The notes under the pieces: generated by a model | The model's database searches: none | What the model was told of the DNA's origin: nothing | What the model saw: the letters and a program-made list of their open reading frames with translations, nothing else | Shown: piece after piece, positions 26,432 to 34,282 of the stretch | Position numbering within the stretch: position 1 is the stretch's first letter | How the letters are laid out: the number at the start of each line of letters is the position of its first letter | Position numbers and translations under genes: made by a program | Virus record (IMG/VR): IMGVR_UViG_3300032212_000104 | Coordinates: 1-34,282 of that record | Source: a virus | Lineage: Duplodnaviria; Caudoviricetes | Length of the DNA: 34,282 bases | Reading direction: 5' to 3' (one strand)

Positions 26432-28611
26432 ATCGGGAACACCTGTTGATCGTGGCGATCCCCGTAAAGCTGTTCGTTCATATCGTCGATAGCTCTCTGG
26501 ATATCTTCGTTTGTTCGTGTCTCTTTTTCTTTGTCAGGGTTTAAAAAAGTGATATCAACCTCGTCAGGGGAAAAGAGGCCTTTAATGCAGTACGACCAAA
26601 CATTAGTCGTGCCAATATGCTTAACTTGTTTAGCTTTTCGTTTATTTTGCTCTTTAGAATCGGGGTTATATTTAAGCATATCACGCGTTAATAATTCAGT
26701 TATAACCTCTTTAGGTGGGAACTTCTGATCCTGACACCACTTGTTAAAAACAGGGACGCTTATCTCAACAAGATCATTTTCTATATTAATACGTCCGAAT
26801 ATTTTAGGGTTTCGACCTACAAAGACAACACCACCCGAAGCGTTTAAGTGAACATAAGACTCTCGATCACTTGAAAGATAAGAGACAAATTCATCTTTGA
26901 ACTTAGAAAAAATATCTTTTGCATTGTTAAACTCTGAGGCTGATTTTTTGGCTAACTCTCTAAGATATTTAAACTGTCTTGTATAGATAGTCTCATCTAT
27001 AAAATTCATCTCTTTTAAAATTCTCAGAGCTGTTGTCATTAGTCCGAAGCGGGTATTAATAGTTTCGCCGACTTCTACAATATCAGAAAAAAGCTCGACG
27101 CTTGAATCAAAGAGGTCTAAAACTCGATCTCTATTTTTTTCTAAATAGTCCAAAAAGTCAACGCCTAAAATGCCATGTGCTGAGTGCATAAGTCGGCCTA
27201 CTTTTCTTTTATCTACACCGTCCCAGATACCACGTGCGGGAACGTCTAAAACCCTACGAACTGAACCAATCGGATCATTCCCTCTTTTACTTTGTGCAAC
27301 TACATCGAGCCAAGACTTTTCACCTGTAGAGATCATCACGCCTTTAAAAGAAAGGATCTCTCTTGTCACCATGTCGCCCTCTTCATCTATCCTATTACGG
27401 CCTTTTCCTTTTCTGTCGGCAAACATATACGAAACGCTTATAGCCTTATCCACGTTATCGGCGTCCTCTATATCATCTACGAGTGTCACAACGCCGTAAT
27501 TTTCAGACAAATAAGACTCAACCCTCGCGAGGGTAGTATTCCACTTCTGGCCTGAGTCGAAAGGCTCACAATAAAAACTAAGGCCTGCTTTACCAGCAAA
27601 ACTCTTTCCTAATCCCGTACGCCCGCCTAAATGGATAATAAAGTTTAGATCAGTAGGGACAAGATCAAAAAGGCTTGCAGTAAATGCTCCCAGAGCTGTA
27701 ATAAAAACTTTTCCTTTTCCCATTTCTTCTAAAAGCTCTAACTGTGTCGAACGCTCACCTTTGATCGTGTAGTTTTTTTCTAAAGCTTTATTTAACCAGA
27801 TAGCCCCCTGTTCACGCTGAGGAATATAGAAAGTGTCATCAACCCAACCAGTCCTTTTTACGCCCTTTTGATCGAGGATTAAGTCAGGGTTATTAGCTAG
27901 ATAATCAGCAAGGTAAGTCATAGTTTTACCAATTCTAGGTTTATCTAAATAAACTTTATTATTTCCGAACACTTTAGCGAAACGATCAGCCTTTACAAAA
28001 GTTGACATCGGGTGTAAGATCTCTCTTATCCCTGTTCGTGTTTTCATAGCTAATCTAAGATAGGTTTTCGCCTCTCCCTCGTGGACAATCTCGATCTGAG
28101 CTTTAGGGACAAACATAGCACAAAGTTTATCTGTTCCCTTGTCGTCGTCATATCCTAACATACCAGACTCATAGATATATTTACCCTGTATAACAGGGGG
28201 AACGTCAAGGTCAAAATGTCTTTGCAAGATCTCTGGCAAACCTGAATAACGCTCTTGTTTTATATCGCTGATACGTTTCTCTTTATGAGATTTAAAAGCA
28301 CGTTTCACTATGGCTATTTTAAGCTTATTTTCTGAGATAAAAGCGTCTAACTCTAGCTCATTTTCAAACTCGCTTTGCTCTTTGTTAAGCATATCATCAA
28401 AGAAATTTATATAATCAGAGGGCGAAAGAGTGGCGGGCTTAGAGGCCTCTTTTATTTCGGCTTTTTTTGCATCAGTAAAAGCCCTATAAGCTTCACGAAG
28501 CCCAGAAACAGGGATCTTTTTAGCCTTTGAAAGAAGCTTAAAAAAGCGTTTTTCTCGTTCTTTTGATACAGTAGTAGCCTCTAAGGGCATAAAATAAGTT
28601 ACTAAATTCAC
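26428..28611 (-). CDS. DUF927-type replicative helicase/ATPase
   Basis: RTGWVDDTFY, Walker A GRTGLGKS, WNTT, LVDD Walker B, GKGR, ISTGE, GSVRRVLD, HGILG. Confidence 0.85.
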   Translation of the reverse strand: MNLVTYFMPLEATTVSKEREKRFFKLLSKAKKIPVSGLREAYRAFTDAKKAEIKEASKPATLSPSDYINFFDDMLNKEQSEFENELELDAFISENKLKIAIVKRAFKSHKEKRISDIKQERYSGLPEILQRHFDLDVPPVIQGKYIYESGMLGYDDDKGTDKLCAMFVPKAQIEIVHEGEAKTYLRLAMKTRTGIREILHPMSTFVKADRFAKVFGNNKVYLDKPRIGKTMTYLADYLANNPDLILDQKGVKRTGWVDDTFYIPQREQGAIWLNKALEKNYTIKGERSTQLELLEEMGKGKVFITALGAFTASLFDLVPTDLNFIIHLGGRTGLGKSFAGKAGLSFYCEPFDSGQKWNTTLARVESYLSENYGVVTLVDDIEDADNVDKAISVSYMFADRKGKGRNRIDEEGDMVTREILSFKGVMISTGEKSWLDVVAQSKRGNDPIGSVRRVLDVPARGIWDGVDKRKVGRLMHSAHGILGVDFLDYLEKNRDRVLDLFDSSVELFSDIVEVGETINTRFGLMTTALRILKEMNFIDETIYTRQFKYLRELAKKSASEFNNAKDIFSKFKDEFVSYLSSDRESYVHLNASGGVVFVGRNPKIFGRINIENDLVEISVPVFNKWCQDQKFPPKEVITELLTRDMLKYNPDSKEQNKRKAKQVKHIGTTNVWSYCIKGLFSPDEVDITFLNPDKEKETRTNEDIQRAIDDMNEQLYGDRHDQQVFPI

Positions 28612-28631
28612 GAAAAACCTTTATTATGCTA

Positions 28632-28660
28632 TTGCATTTTCAAAAAGGTTACGTTAAAAT
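28632..28660 (+). promoter_or_regulatory. Possible antisense promoter in the helicase leader
   Basis: TTGCAT 28632-28637, 17 nt, TAAAAT 28655-28660; no + strand ORF downstream. Confidence 0.4.
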
Positions 28661-28713
28661 ACGAATAACTACAAACGTGGTTTTTAACGAAACCGATTGC
28701 TTAAGCGTCCTGC

Positions 28714-29070
28714 TTAAGCTGTTCTCACACCCTTTTCAATCAAAAACAAAGTAAGTAATTTTTCAACGATACCGCTTTTACTATACTTATGCAGATCCGC
28801 GTAGCTCTCCATGTTTTGAAGTGCATCAGCCGAAGCCGTTAAGGTTCTTTTTGTCTTATTTGTTTTTGATTCAAAAGCTGTCTTGATCTTTTCCTGACTC
28901 TCTAAATCTAAAGGTAGACGTTTAAATAAGTCTGAAATAACCTTAGTCTTTTTTAGACCGTTTGCCTCTGTAAAATAATCAAACTCTTTTAAGATCTCTT
29001 TGTCTAAACTGTAAGTCTTAGACACGTTTGAATATTCAACATCAAAAAGCGGTTTAGTTGCGATTGTCAT
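28714..29070 (-). CDS. Tandem ribbon-helix-helix (CopG-like) regulator
   Basis: Two repeats: KTYSLDKEILKEF...KKTKVISDLF and KRTLTASADALQNM...SKSGIVEKLL. Confidence 0.7.
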   Translation of the reverse strand: MTIATKPLFDVEYSNVSKTYSLDKEILKEFDYFTEANGLKKTKVISDLFKRLPLDLESQEKIKTAFESKTNKTKRTLTASADALQNMESYADLHKYSKSGIVEKLLTLFLIEKGVRTA

Positions 29071-29096
29071 TAATTCCCTTTTTTATTTTATAAGCT

Positions 29097-29125
29097 ATTA
29101 TAATTATTTTTTATTATAAAGTCAA
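29097..29125 (-). promoter_or_regulatory. Near-consensus sigma70 promoter for the RHH-helicase operon
   Basis: TTGACT, 17 nt, TATAAT on the minus strand. Confidence 0.8.
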
Positions 29126-29159
29126 TACTTTAGCAATAAATAATAATAATATGTAGTTA

Positions 29160-30272
29160 TTAAGCCTCTAATTTAAAAAGAGTATTAAAATCTAAGTCAC
29201 TCGCTACTAAACTTTTTTGATCTGCCATGTAATCCGCAAAATCTAAACCACTATCAAAAGAGAAAAGATTTTTAAAGTCCTTTTCAAGCATCTTTTTAAG
29301 TCTCTCATATCCGCCCCGTCCTTTCGTAAATTTTTCGCCGTCATATCCGCCGTCGCCGTCAAACGCTCCGATCATCTGTTTCGTTTTACTTAGCTCTTTA
29401 ACGTAGTCGATAAGCTCGTCGCTGATCCCAGATGATACGCTCTCGATCGAGATATAAGGGACACCAAACACAAACGCGACCAGAGCGTTTTTAAGCCCCT
29501 CGCCTATAAAAAAGAAGTTATGACGAGAGATAAGTATTTTCATTTCAAAAGAGAGGGGAAAAAGAAAGTCCTCGCCTCTGTTGTCAAGGGTTTTTTCTGA
29601 TCCTTGATAGAGGTACTTAGAGATAACTTTCCCCTCTTTTGGATCTATGGCTCGATACTTTGAGATATCAGCGACCTTACGCTTATCGTCTCGCATGATG
29701 ATCGCGGGGCATTTAAAAAAATCGTCATAAGCTAACAGCTCAGAGGTGATATAGTTTAGACGCTTTAACGCGGGTTTATCGACTCTAAAAGTGCTATGCT
29801 CTAAGAGCTTTTCAAAGACAGGAGAAACCGCGATTATATCTGAGTTATCGATAGGTATAAAGATCGTAAAGTCTTTATTGTTTGCTAGGAGTTTGTTAGC
29901 TTTAAAAGCTAGATCTTTTTTGATCTTTACGGCGTCTTTAGCGGGCTTTTCTTTTTTTGGGAGGGGGTTATGTCGTTGCGGGCTGTTTTCCTCACGTTCA
30001 CCGCCTGCGTAGGCTAAGGCCTTTTCTTTGGCCTCCATTTTACTAACGCCGTGGTATAGTTCTATAAAGTCAAAGATATCACCACCTTTACCACAGCCGA
30101 AACAATGGCATATCTGTTTAGTAGGTGAAACGCTAAAGCTTGCTGAGTCCTCAGAGTGAAAAGGACAAGGGGCGACAAAGTTTGCTCCTTTTTTTACTAG
30201 GGGAATAAAGTCTGATATATAGTCAACTATATCGATCGCGTCTTTAATCTCGCTCATTGATTTTCTAGCCAT
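29160..30272 (-). CDS. DnaG-like primase (CHC2 zinc finger + TOPRIM)
   Basis: CPFHSEDSASF...CHCFGCGKGGD; IGEGLKNAL; AFDGD; DFADY. Confidence 0.88.
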   Translation of the reverse strand: MARKSMSEIKDAIDIVDYISDFIPLVKKGANFVAPCPFHSEDSASFSVSPTKQICHCFGCGKGGDIFDFIELYHGVSKMEAKEKALAYAGGEREENSPQRHNPLPKKEKPAKDAVKIKKDLAFKANKLLANNKDFTIFIPIDNSDIIAVSPVFEKLLEHSTFRVDKPALKRLNYITSELLAYDDFFKCPAIIMRDDKRKVADISKYRAIDPKEGKVISKYLYQGSEKTLDNRGEDFLFPLSFEMKILISRHNFFFIGEGLKNALVAFVFGVPYISIESVSSGISDELIDYVKELSKTKQMIGAFDGDGGYDGEKFTKGRGGYERLKKMLEKDFKNLFSFDSGLDFADYMADQKSLVASDLDFNTLFKLEA

Positions 30273-30409
30273 TATAAAGCCCCCATTTTATTAAAGCATT
30301 TTCTATCGTAGAAGTAGAATTATATCTATATACAAACGTAATACGCTCAATCGTAAACCCTTGTTTATATAGAGATATAATCGCGTCTTTTTGACACTCT
30401 AAGGCGTGT

Positions 30410-30610
30410 TTAAATAGCAATGCGTTTTCCTTTGTTTGACTTTCTCTCTGTATGAAAATAGTTTTTTAAAAAGTCGTCAAAATCTTTCTGGGAGACTCTA
30501 TAGTCACGGCCATTTTTTTCACCTTTGAGATAGCCTTTTCTTATCATATAAGAGACTGCCCCCTGCGTTCGTTCTAAAATGGTCGCAATTACTTTAGTTT
30601 CATAATACAT
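30410..30610 (-). CDS. Excisionase-like HTH protein
   Basis: YETKVIATILERTQGAVSYMIRKGYLKGEKNGRDYRVS. Confidence 0.8.
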   Translation of the reverse strand: MYYETKVIATILERTQGAVSYMIRKGYLKGEKNGRDYRVSQKDFDDFLKNYFHTERKSNKGKRIAI

Positions 30611-30620
30611 AGCTTTGCCT

Positions 30621-30821
30621 TTAAGAGAAAGTAGTTATTTTTGTTTGTTCGGTGATCCATTTCTGAATATTTTTCCACGCATCGAACGGAATACCATAAA
30701 GTTTTTCAAATTCTTGTCGATTATCTGCATTAGGCTTTCTACGCCCACACATGATCGATCTGATCGAATCTTTCTTATACTCCTTTGAAACCAATAACTC
30801 TTTAATACTTAAATATGTCAT
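30621..30821 (-). CDS. Cro-like HTH protein (start uncertain, probably 30821 or 30836)
   Basis: SIRSIMCGRRKP...YGIPFDAW; divergent from repressor; the longer ORF start runs through operator DNA. Confidence 0.7.
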   Translation of the reverse strand: MTYLSIKELLVSKEYKKDSIRSIMCGRRKPNADNRQEFEKLYGIPFDAWKNIQKWITEQTKITTFS

Positions 30822-31002
30822 GTACAAATTGTACATATAAGAATATAAATAAAATCTTAAATTAAAGAAAAGTTTAAAACTTGTGTACTTAATGTACATT
30901 TATTTCACTTTTTCACACTTAATATATTTTAAATAACTTTTTTCATCTTAAAAAAATACTCTATATTAATAATTATTTTTTAATGTATGTACATTATGTA
31001 CA
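30821..31002. promoter_or_regulatory. Immunity region with three 15-bp operators TGTACW-N3-TGTACA
   Basis: TGTACAAATTGTACA 30821-30835, TGTACTTAATGTACA 30884-30898, TGTACATTATGTACA 30988-31002. Confidence 0.8.
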
Positions 31003-31037
31003 CATTATTTATTTTTCTGTATACTTACGCTAAATGA

Positions 31038-31751
31038 GTGACGGAAAGGTACAAAGTGAACACTTTTAGGCAGGAAGTTGCTGACAGACTAAACAACCTC
31101 ATAAAATCAACACCCAATCAATCAACTAAAACGATACATGAATCACTAGCCTACATGGGGTACGAGGTAAGCGAGGAATCTATAGGCAAGTATAGACGAA
31201 ATGAGAGGAGTATACCTATAGAGTTTCTTTATCTTACCTCCTTGATACTGCTTAAGCCTGTTAGCTACTTCCTAGAGGGAGAGGAAGGGGACAATAAAGA
31301 TCTAGTTCTATCTTCTACACTTACACCTATAAAGATGATTAACCCCCGTCGCATTAATGGGCTAGACAAGCTAGAAAAAAACACCTTTGAGTCAAAATAT
31401 ATAGACAAACTGCTTTTAAAAGAAGATGATAGAGACAAGCCTCTTTTTGGACTTATCGCTCACAAAAGAATGGGATCGCTTATCAAGTCGGGAGATCTTC
31501 TCTTGTTTCAGTTAATAAAGTACGACTACAAAGGGTTAGCAGTCGAAGAACCAGAAGATGATTACTATATTTATGCTACGCCGTACGGAGTACAAATAAA
31601 ATACACTAGGTTTTTAATAGATGGGACAATAAACATTTATGATAAAAAGCCTAAGACTATAACAGAAGAAGTTATAGCCGAAAACTACGAAAAAGGAGGG
31701 GGAAACTTTAAGATCATTGGTAAAATTAAATATAAATTTTCAGAATTTTAA
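31038..31751 (+). CDS. CI-like repressor (XRE HTH + degenerate S24-like domain); start may be GTG at 31056
   Basis: VSEESIGKYRRNERSIPIEFL...VSYFLEG HTH; C-terminal LIKSGDLLLF, QIKY, FKIIGKI. Confidence 0.8.
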   Translation: MTERYKVNTFRQEVADRLNNLIKSTPNQSTKTIHESLAYMGYEVSEESIGKYRRNERSIPIEFLYLTSLILLKPVSYFLEGEEGDNKDLVLSSTLTPIKMINPRRINGLDKLEKNTFESKYIDKLLLKEDDRDKPLFGLIAHKRMGSLIKSGDLLLFQLIKYDYKGLAVEEPEDDYYIYATPYGVQIKYTRFLIDGTINIYDKKPKTITEEVIAENYEKGGGNFKIIGKIKYKFSEF

Positions 31752-31807
31752 ACGCTTAACCCTCTATTTTTTTTCTTCACAGCTCAGAAAACCCCTTTTT
31801 TATTCAA

Positions 31808-32179
31808 ATAACCACCAAGTAACCAACACAGTAACCACGCCGTAACCAAAAAAACGTCCACCAAAAAAGCAACAAAACCCCCTTAAAATCGATATCTAAA
31901 AGCCTATTTAGGATCAAGTAACCAAAGTAACCACTTTTTTGCATAGGGGGTGGGGGTATTGTAAATATTTTATTTTTCAAAAAAAAATAAATTTTACCCT
32001 CATCTCAAAATTATTTTTTTATTTTTTTTATTTTTTTTGTCTTTCTATATATACCCTATATATTTATGGTTACTTTGGTTACTTACTATATATATACTCT
32101 TTTATATCCCTATATTTAGGGCTTTATCTCAGTAACCATTTTATGAAATTGTCTGGTTACTCGTGGTTACTCTGGTTAC
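31808..32179. repeat. GTAACCA/TGGTTAC heptamer array around an AT-rich core; putative replication origin
   Basis: 11 exact copies plus one variant; perfect 18-bp inverted repeat 31916-31933 / 32067-32084. Confidence 0.75.
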
Positions 32180-32244
32180 TGTACTGTTTCGGTGGGTTCT
32201 TTTGCCTATAAAAAGGGATCATTTTTTATTTTCAACTAAAAGCG

Positions 32245-32253
32245 TGTTATAAT
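32245..32253 (+). promoter_or_regulatory. Extended -10 promoter
   Basis: TGTTATAAT upstream of AAGGTGG RBS. Confidence 0.6.
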
Positions 32254-32272
32254 GTTTTAAAAAGGTGGTGAA

Positions 32273-32632
32273 ATGAAACGAGTTATTTTATTTATAATGA
32301 TGGTAGGCTTAGCAAACGGGGCAACACCTCCGAACTGCTTAACTCACATAGAGGATAAAGAGCTTATGCAGAGATACGGGGCGACGTACTTAAGTAAAGT
32401 CTTTGACTATAGATATGATCTCTGTATGGCTGACAAGCTAAACGACGCGATGGGGGTATTATCTTACGATAAGGCTAAAACGTGCGGTAAGAGGCTTAAG
32501 AGAGCCGATAAGATGATAAGTAAGGTCAAGACTCACATTATAGAAGATGATCCCGCTCTGCTCAGGAGTGACTTAAAGCAGGCGGTAAGTTATTTAAAGA
32601 TGTATAAGAAGTGTGTAGCGAGTAAGATCTAG
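32273..32632 (+). CDS. Exported helical protein with four Cys
   Basis: Signal peptide MKRVILFIMMVGLANG/A; own promoter and RBS. Confidence 0.75.
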   Translation: MKRVILFIMMVGLANGATPPNCLTHIEDKELMQRYGATYLSKVFDYRYDLCMADKLNDAMGVLSYDKAKTCGKRLKRADKMISKVKTHIIEDDPALLRSDLKQAVSYLKMYKKCVASKI

Positions 32633-32633
32633 T

Positions 32634-33866
32634 TTACATTAGAGCTTGTTTCGCTTTTTTTAGATATCCGTGGATATCGAAATACTCTGATATAATATTT
32701 CTTTTATAGTAGTGCTTTAAGGCTTCATAGTCTTTATCTTCATGCCCTAATATTTCTTGCATATATGTATCTTGACGCTTTTTATTAGCGTCTCTAGGGT
32801 TATTCTGATTATAGATAAACTCGCAAGTCATAGCATAAAGGCCTCTAAAGCTTGTCGTTTTCCCATCTACTAATAAATCACTATCTATTTTGTTCCATTT
32901 TAGCAAGTTGTGAGCGTGTTTAGCTCTATTGTTATCCTCTCTTAATGTTTTCGGGATTGACGATCTTAAAGTCTCGATAACTTTTAATGTCTCGTCAGCC
33001 GTTAAAAAAAGAGTGGGGATCACGATCGATTTTACATTACTCGTCTCTCTCTTTTTCCCGATCCCTATTACTTTGATTTTGTAGTCGTTTACTTTTTCAA
33101 AATCTGATAAGACAATAAGCTCTTTCAGTCTTCGACCGCAGGCCAAAGAAACCATTGTCACAAGTTTAGTAAACACCTCAGCTTTGTTTTTTTTAGGAAT
33201 CTCTTGACCTATTAGTTTTTTATTTAGTTCTATAAAATGATGTATCTTGCCTATAGCGATAGGTTTATCGCTTGTTTTCATTCTGCTTGACTTTAATACT
33301 CTCACCCCCTCGTTAAGGTAATCATGTACTCGCTTAGGAACAGTGAAGAAAGAGAGAGCATAGTCTCTTTTATTATCTTCTATCTCTGACTCTTTAATTT
33401 TATTTCTAATCTTTTTAAGATGATCCAAAACTGTATTAAACTCGTAAAAGTGGGTAAAGAAATAAACGTACTCGTTAAAAATATAAGGTATAGCCTCTTT
33501 CTTTTTTGTCTGTATGTCTTTTACTATTTGTATGGCTATATCTTCGATCGTATCCGCGTCATACATAGCTAAATGTTCAATATGCTGTTTTCTGGGTGTA
33601 GCCTTAAGTTGATCCTCTAGCTTTCTTTCCCTATCTCTTAGCTCGTTTATCTTTCGCATATACAAATCATTTAAGAGCGTAGAGGCAAAATCTGCTTTTA
33701 AGGTGTTAACGTATGTTATGGCGGTATCTAAGGAACACCAAAATATATCTTTTGACTGTTCAAAAGATATATATTCGTCTGTTTCTTTTATGTAGTTCTT
33801 AATTCTAGTATTCCATCTAGCTTTATTATCATACTGCATCAGGTAAGAAGTGAGATTCATTTTCAT
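32634..33866 (-). CDS. Protelomerase / telomere resolvase (TelN/TelK/ResT family)
   Basis: Ordered catalytic motifs LACGRRLKEL (R), GIGKKR (K), IPTL, SFRGLYA (R), EILGHED (H), LKHY (Y); terminal position. Confidence 0.9.
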   Translation of the reverse strand: MKMNLTSYLMQYDNKARWNTRIKNYIKETDEYISFEQSKDIFWCSLDTAITYVNTLKADFASTLLNDLYMRKINELRDRERKLEDQLKATPRKQHIEHLAMYDADTIEDIAIQIVKDIQTKKKEAIPYIFNEYVYFFTHFYEFNTVLDHLKKIRNKIKESEIEDNKRDYALSFFTVPKRVHDYLNEGVRVLKSSRMKTSDKPIAIGKIHHFIELNKKLIGQEIPKKNKAEVFTKLVTMVSLACGRRLKELIVLSDFEKVNDYKIKVIGIGKKRETSNVKSIVIPTLFLTADETLKVIETLRSSIPKTLREDNNRAKHAHNLLKWNKIDSDLLVDGKTTSFRGLYAMTCEFIYNQNNPRDANKKRQDTYMQEILGHEDKDYEALKHYYKRNIISEYFDIHGYLKKAKQALM

Positions 33867-34261
33867 AAGCGTCCTTTTAATACAATTATTTTACAGTAAA
33901 TTACATTAAAAACACTTTAAATAAATTAACTTAATTTAAAATGTATTAAATTAATTTAAAGTTAATTTAATTGTAGTTTTTTAAATATAACTTAAATTAA
34001 GATTGAAAGCAAAATACCTATAAACTTAAGCGAGATTATGCTCATATTCACTGATAAAATCTTAAATATACTATCATAGAAATACTTAAAAAACACTTAA
34101 TAAAAAAATGCTAATAGAGGCCTCCTGTGGCCTATTTTTAACAACTTACACCACGTAAACCTAAATCATAACTATACTTAAATTAAAATTAAAATTATTA
34201 TCTAATTTAATTTTTAAGGTAGCATATTAGCTTAAGAATATCTGAGGTTAACCTTAATTCA

Positions 34262-34282
34262 TTTAATTAGTTTTAATTTTAA
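34262..34282. other. Putative right telomere half-site
   Basis: AATTAGTTTTAATTTTAA is an imperfect inverted copy of the left terminus; lies upstream of the protelomerase gene. Confidence 0.45.

Larger units (their letters stand above)
1..34282. mobile_element. Linear phage-plasmid (protelomerase-encoding temperate myovirus-type prophage), probably near-complete
   Basis: Partition genes at one end and protelomerase at the other, both reading inward as in the N15 prophage; complete head, contractile tail, lysis, immunity and replication modules; no host genes or integrase seen. Confidence 0.88.

Noticed and set aside
1375-30012. Opposite-strand or nested ORFs in the track (e.g. 1375-1560, 2211-2393, 5862-6113, 6814-7026, 7940-8206, 9531-9725, 10878-11129, 13262-13444, 14793-15170, 16242-16559, 16280-16516, 16597-16842, 18261-18455, 19433-19633, 25120-25314, 26196-26492, 26531-26728, 27170-27499, 27292-27555, 29791-30012)
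   Set aside because: Shadows of well-supported genes with no recognisable motifs
30822-30899. N-terminal extension of the Cro-like ORF
   Set aside because: Runs through operators and AT-rich promoter DNA; Tyr/Phe-rich and unlikely to be translated
31939-32211. 90-aa Phe/Tyr-rich ORF
   Set aside because: Low-complexity translation of the A/T tracts and heptamer repeats; TTG start; most likely non-coding
32634-33866. Ordinary tyrosine integrase
   Set aside because: GRR, GxxKKR, RxxYA and LGH..HY spacing plus terminal position fit protelomerases; no att-flanked host DNA seen

Overview
The window looks like an essentially complete ~34.3 kb temperate contractile-tailed phage genome in its linear plasmid-prophage form (N15-like layout). 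A ParA/RHH partition operon reads inward from the left end and a TelN/ResT-family protelomerase reads inward from the right end, and the two AT-rich termini form an imperfect palindrome when joined. It also carries a CI/Cro-like switch with three operators, a split replication module (CHC2-TOPRIM primase, tandem-RHH regulator, DUF927-type helicase) and a GTAACCA-repeat origin-like region. A full minus-strand head/tail/lysis operon includes spanin-like genes, implying a Gram-negative host. The most unusual points are: (1) the large terminase is displaced from the head genes, keeps its ATPase motifs, appears to have lost its nuclease catalytic residues, and has no recognisable small subunit, which suggests cut-free packaging of unit-length hairpin-ended DNA; (2) an array of small genes is driven by three near-identical promoter/operator cassettes and includes a small HTH gene near its end (acr/aca-like architecture); (3) the repressor looks non-cleavable. 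All family calls come from motif recognition and synteny by eye, with no database searches. The host is not established.
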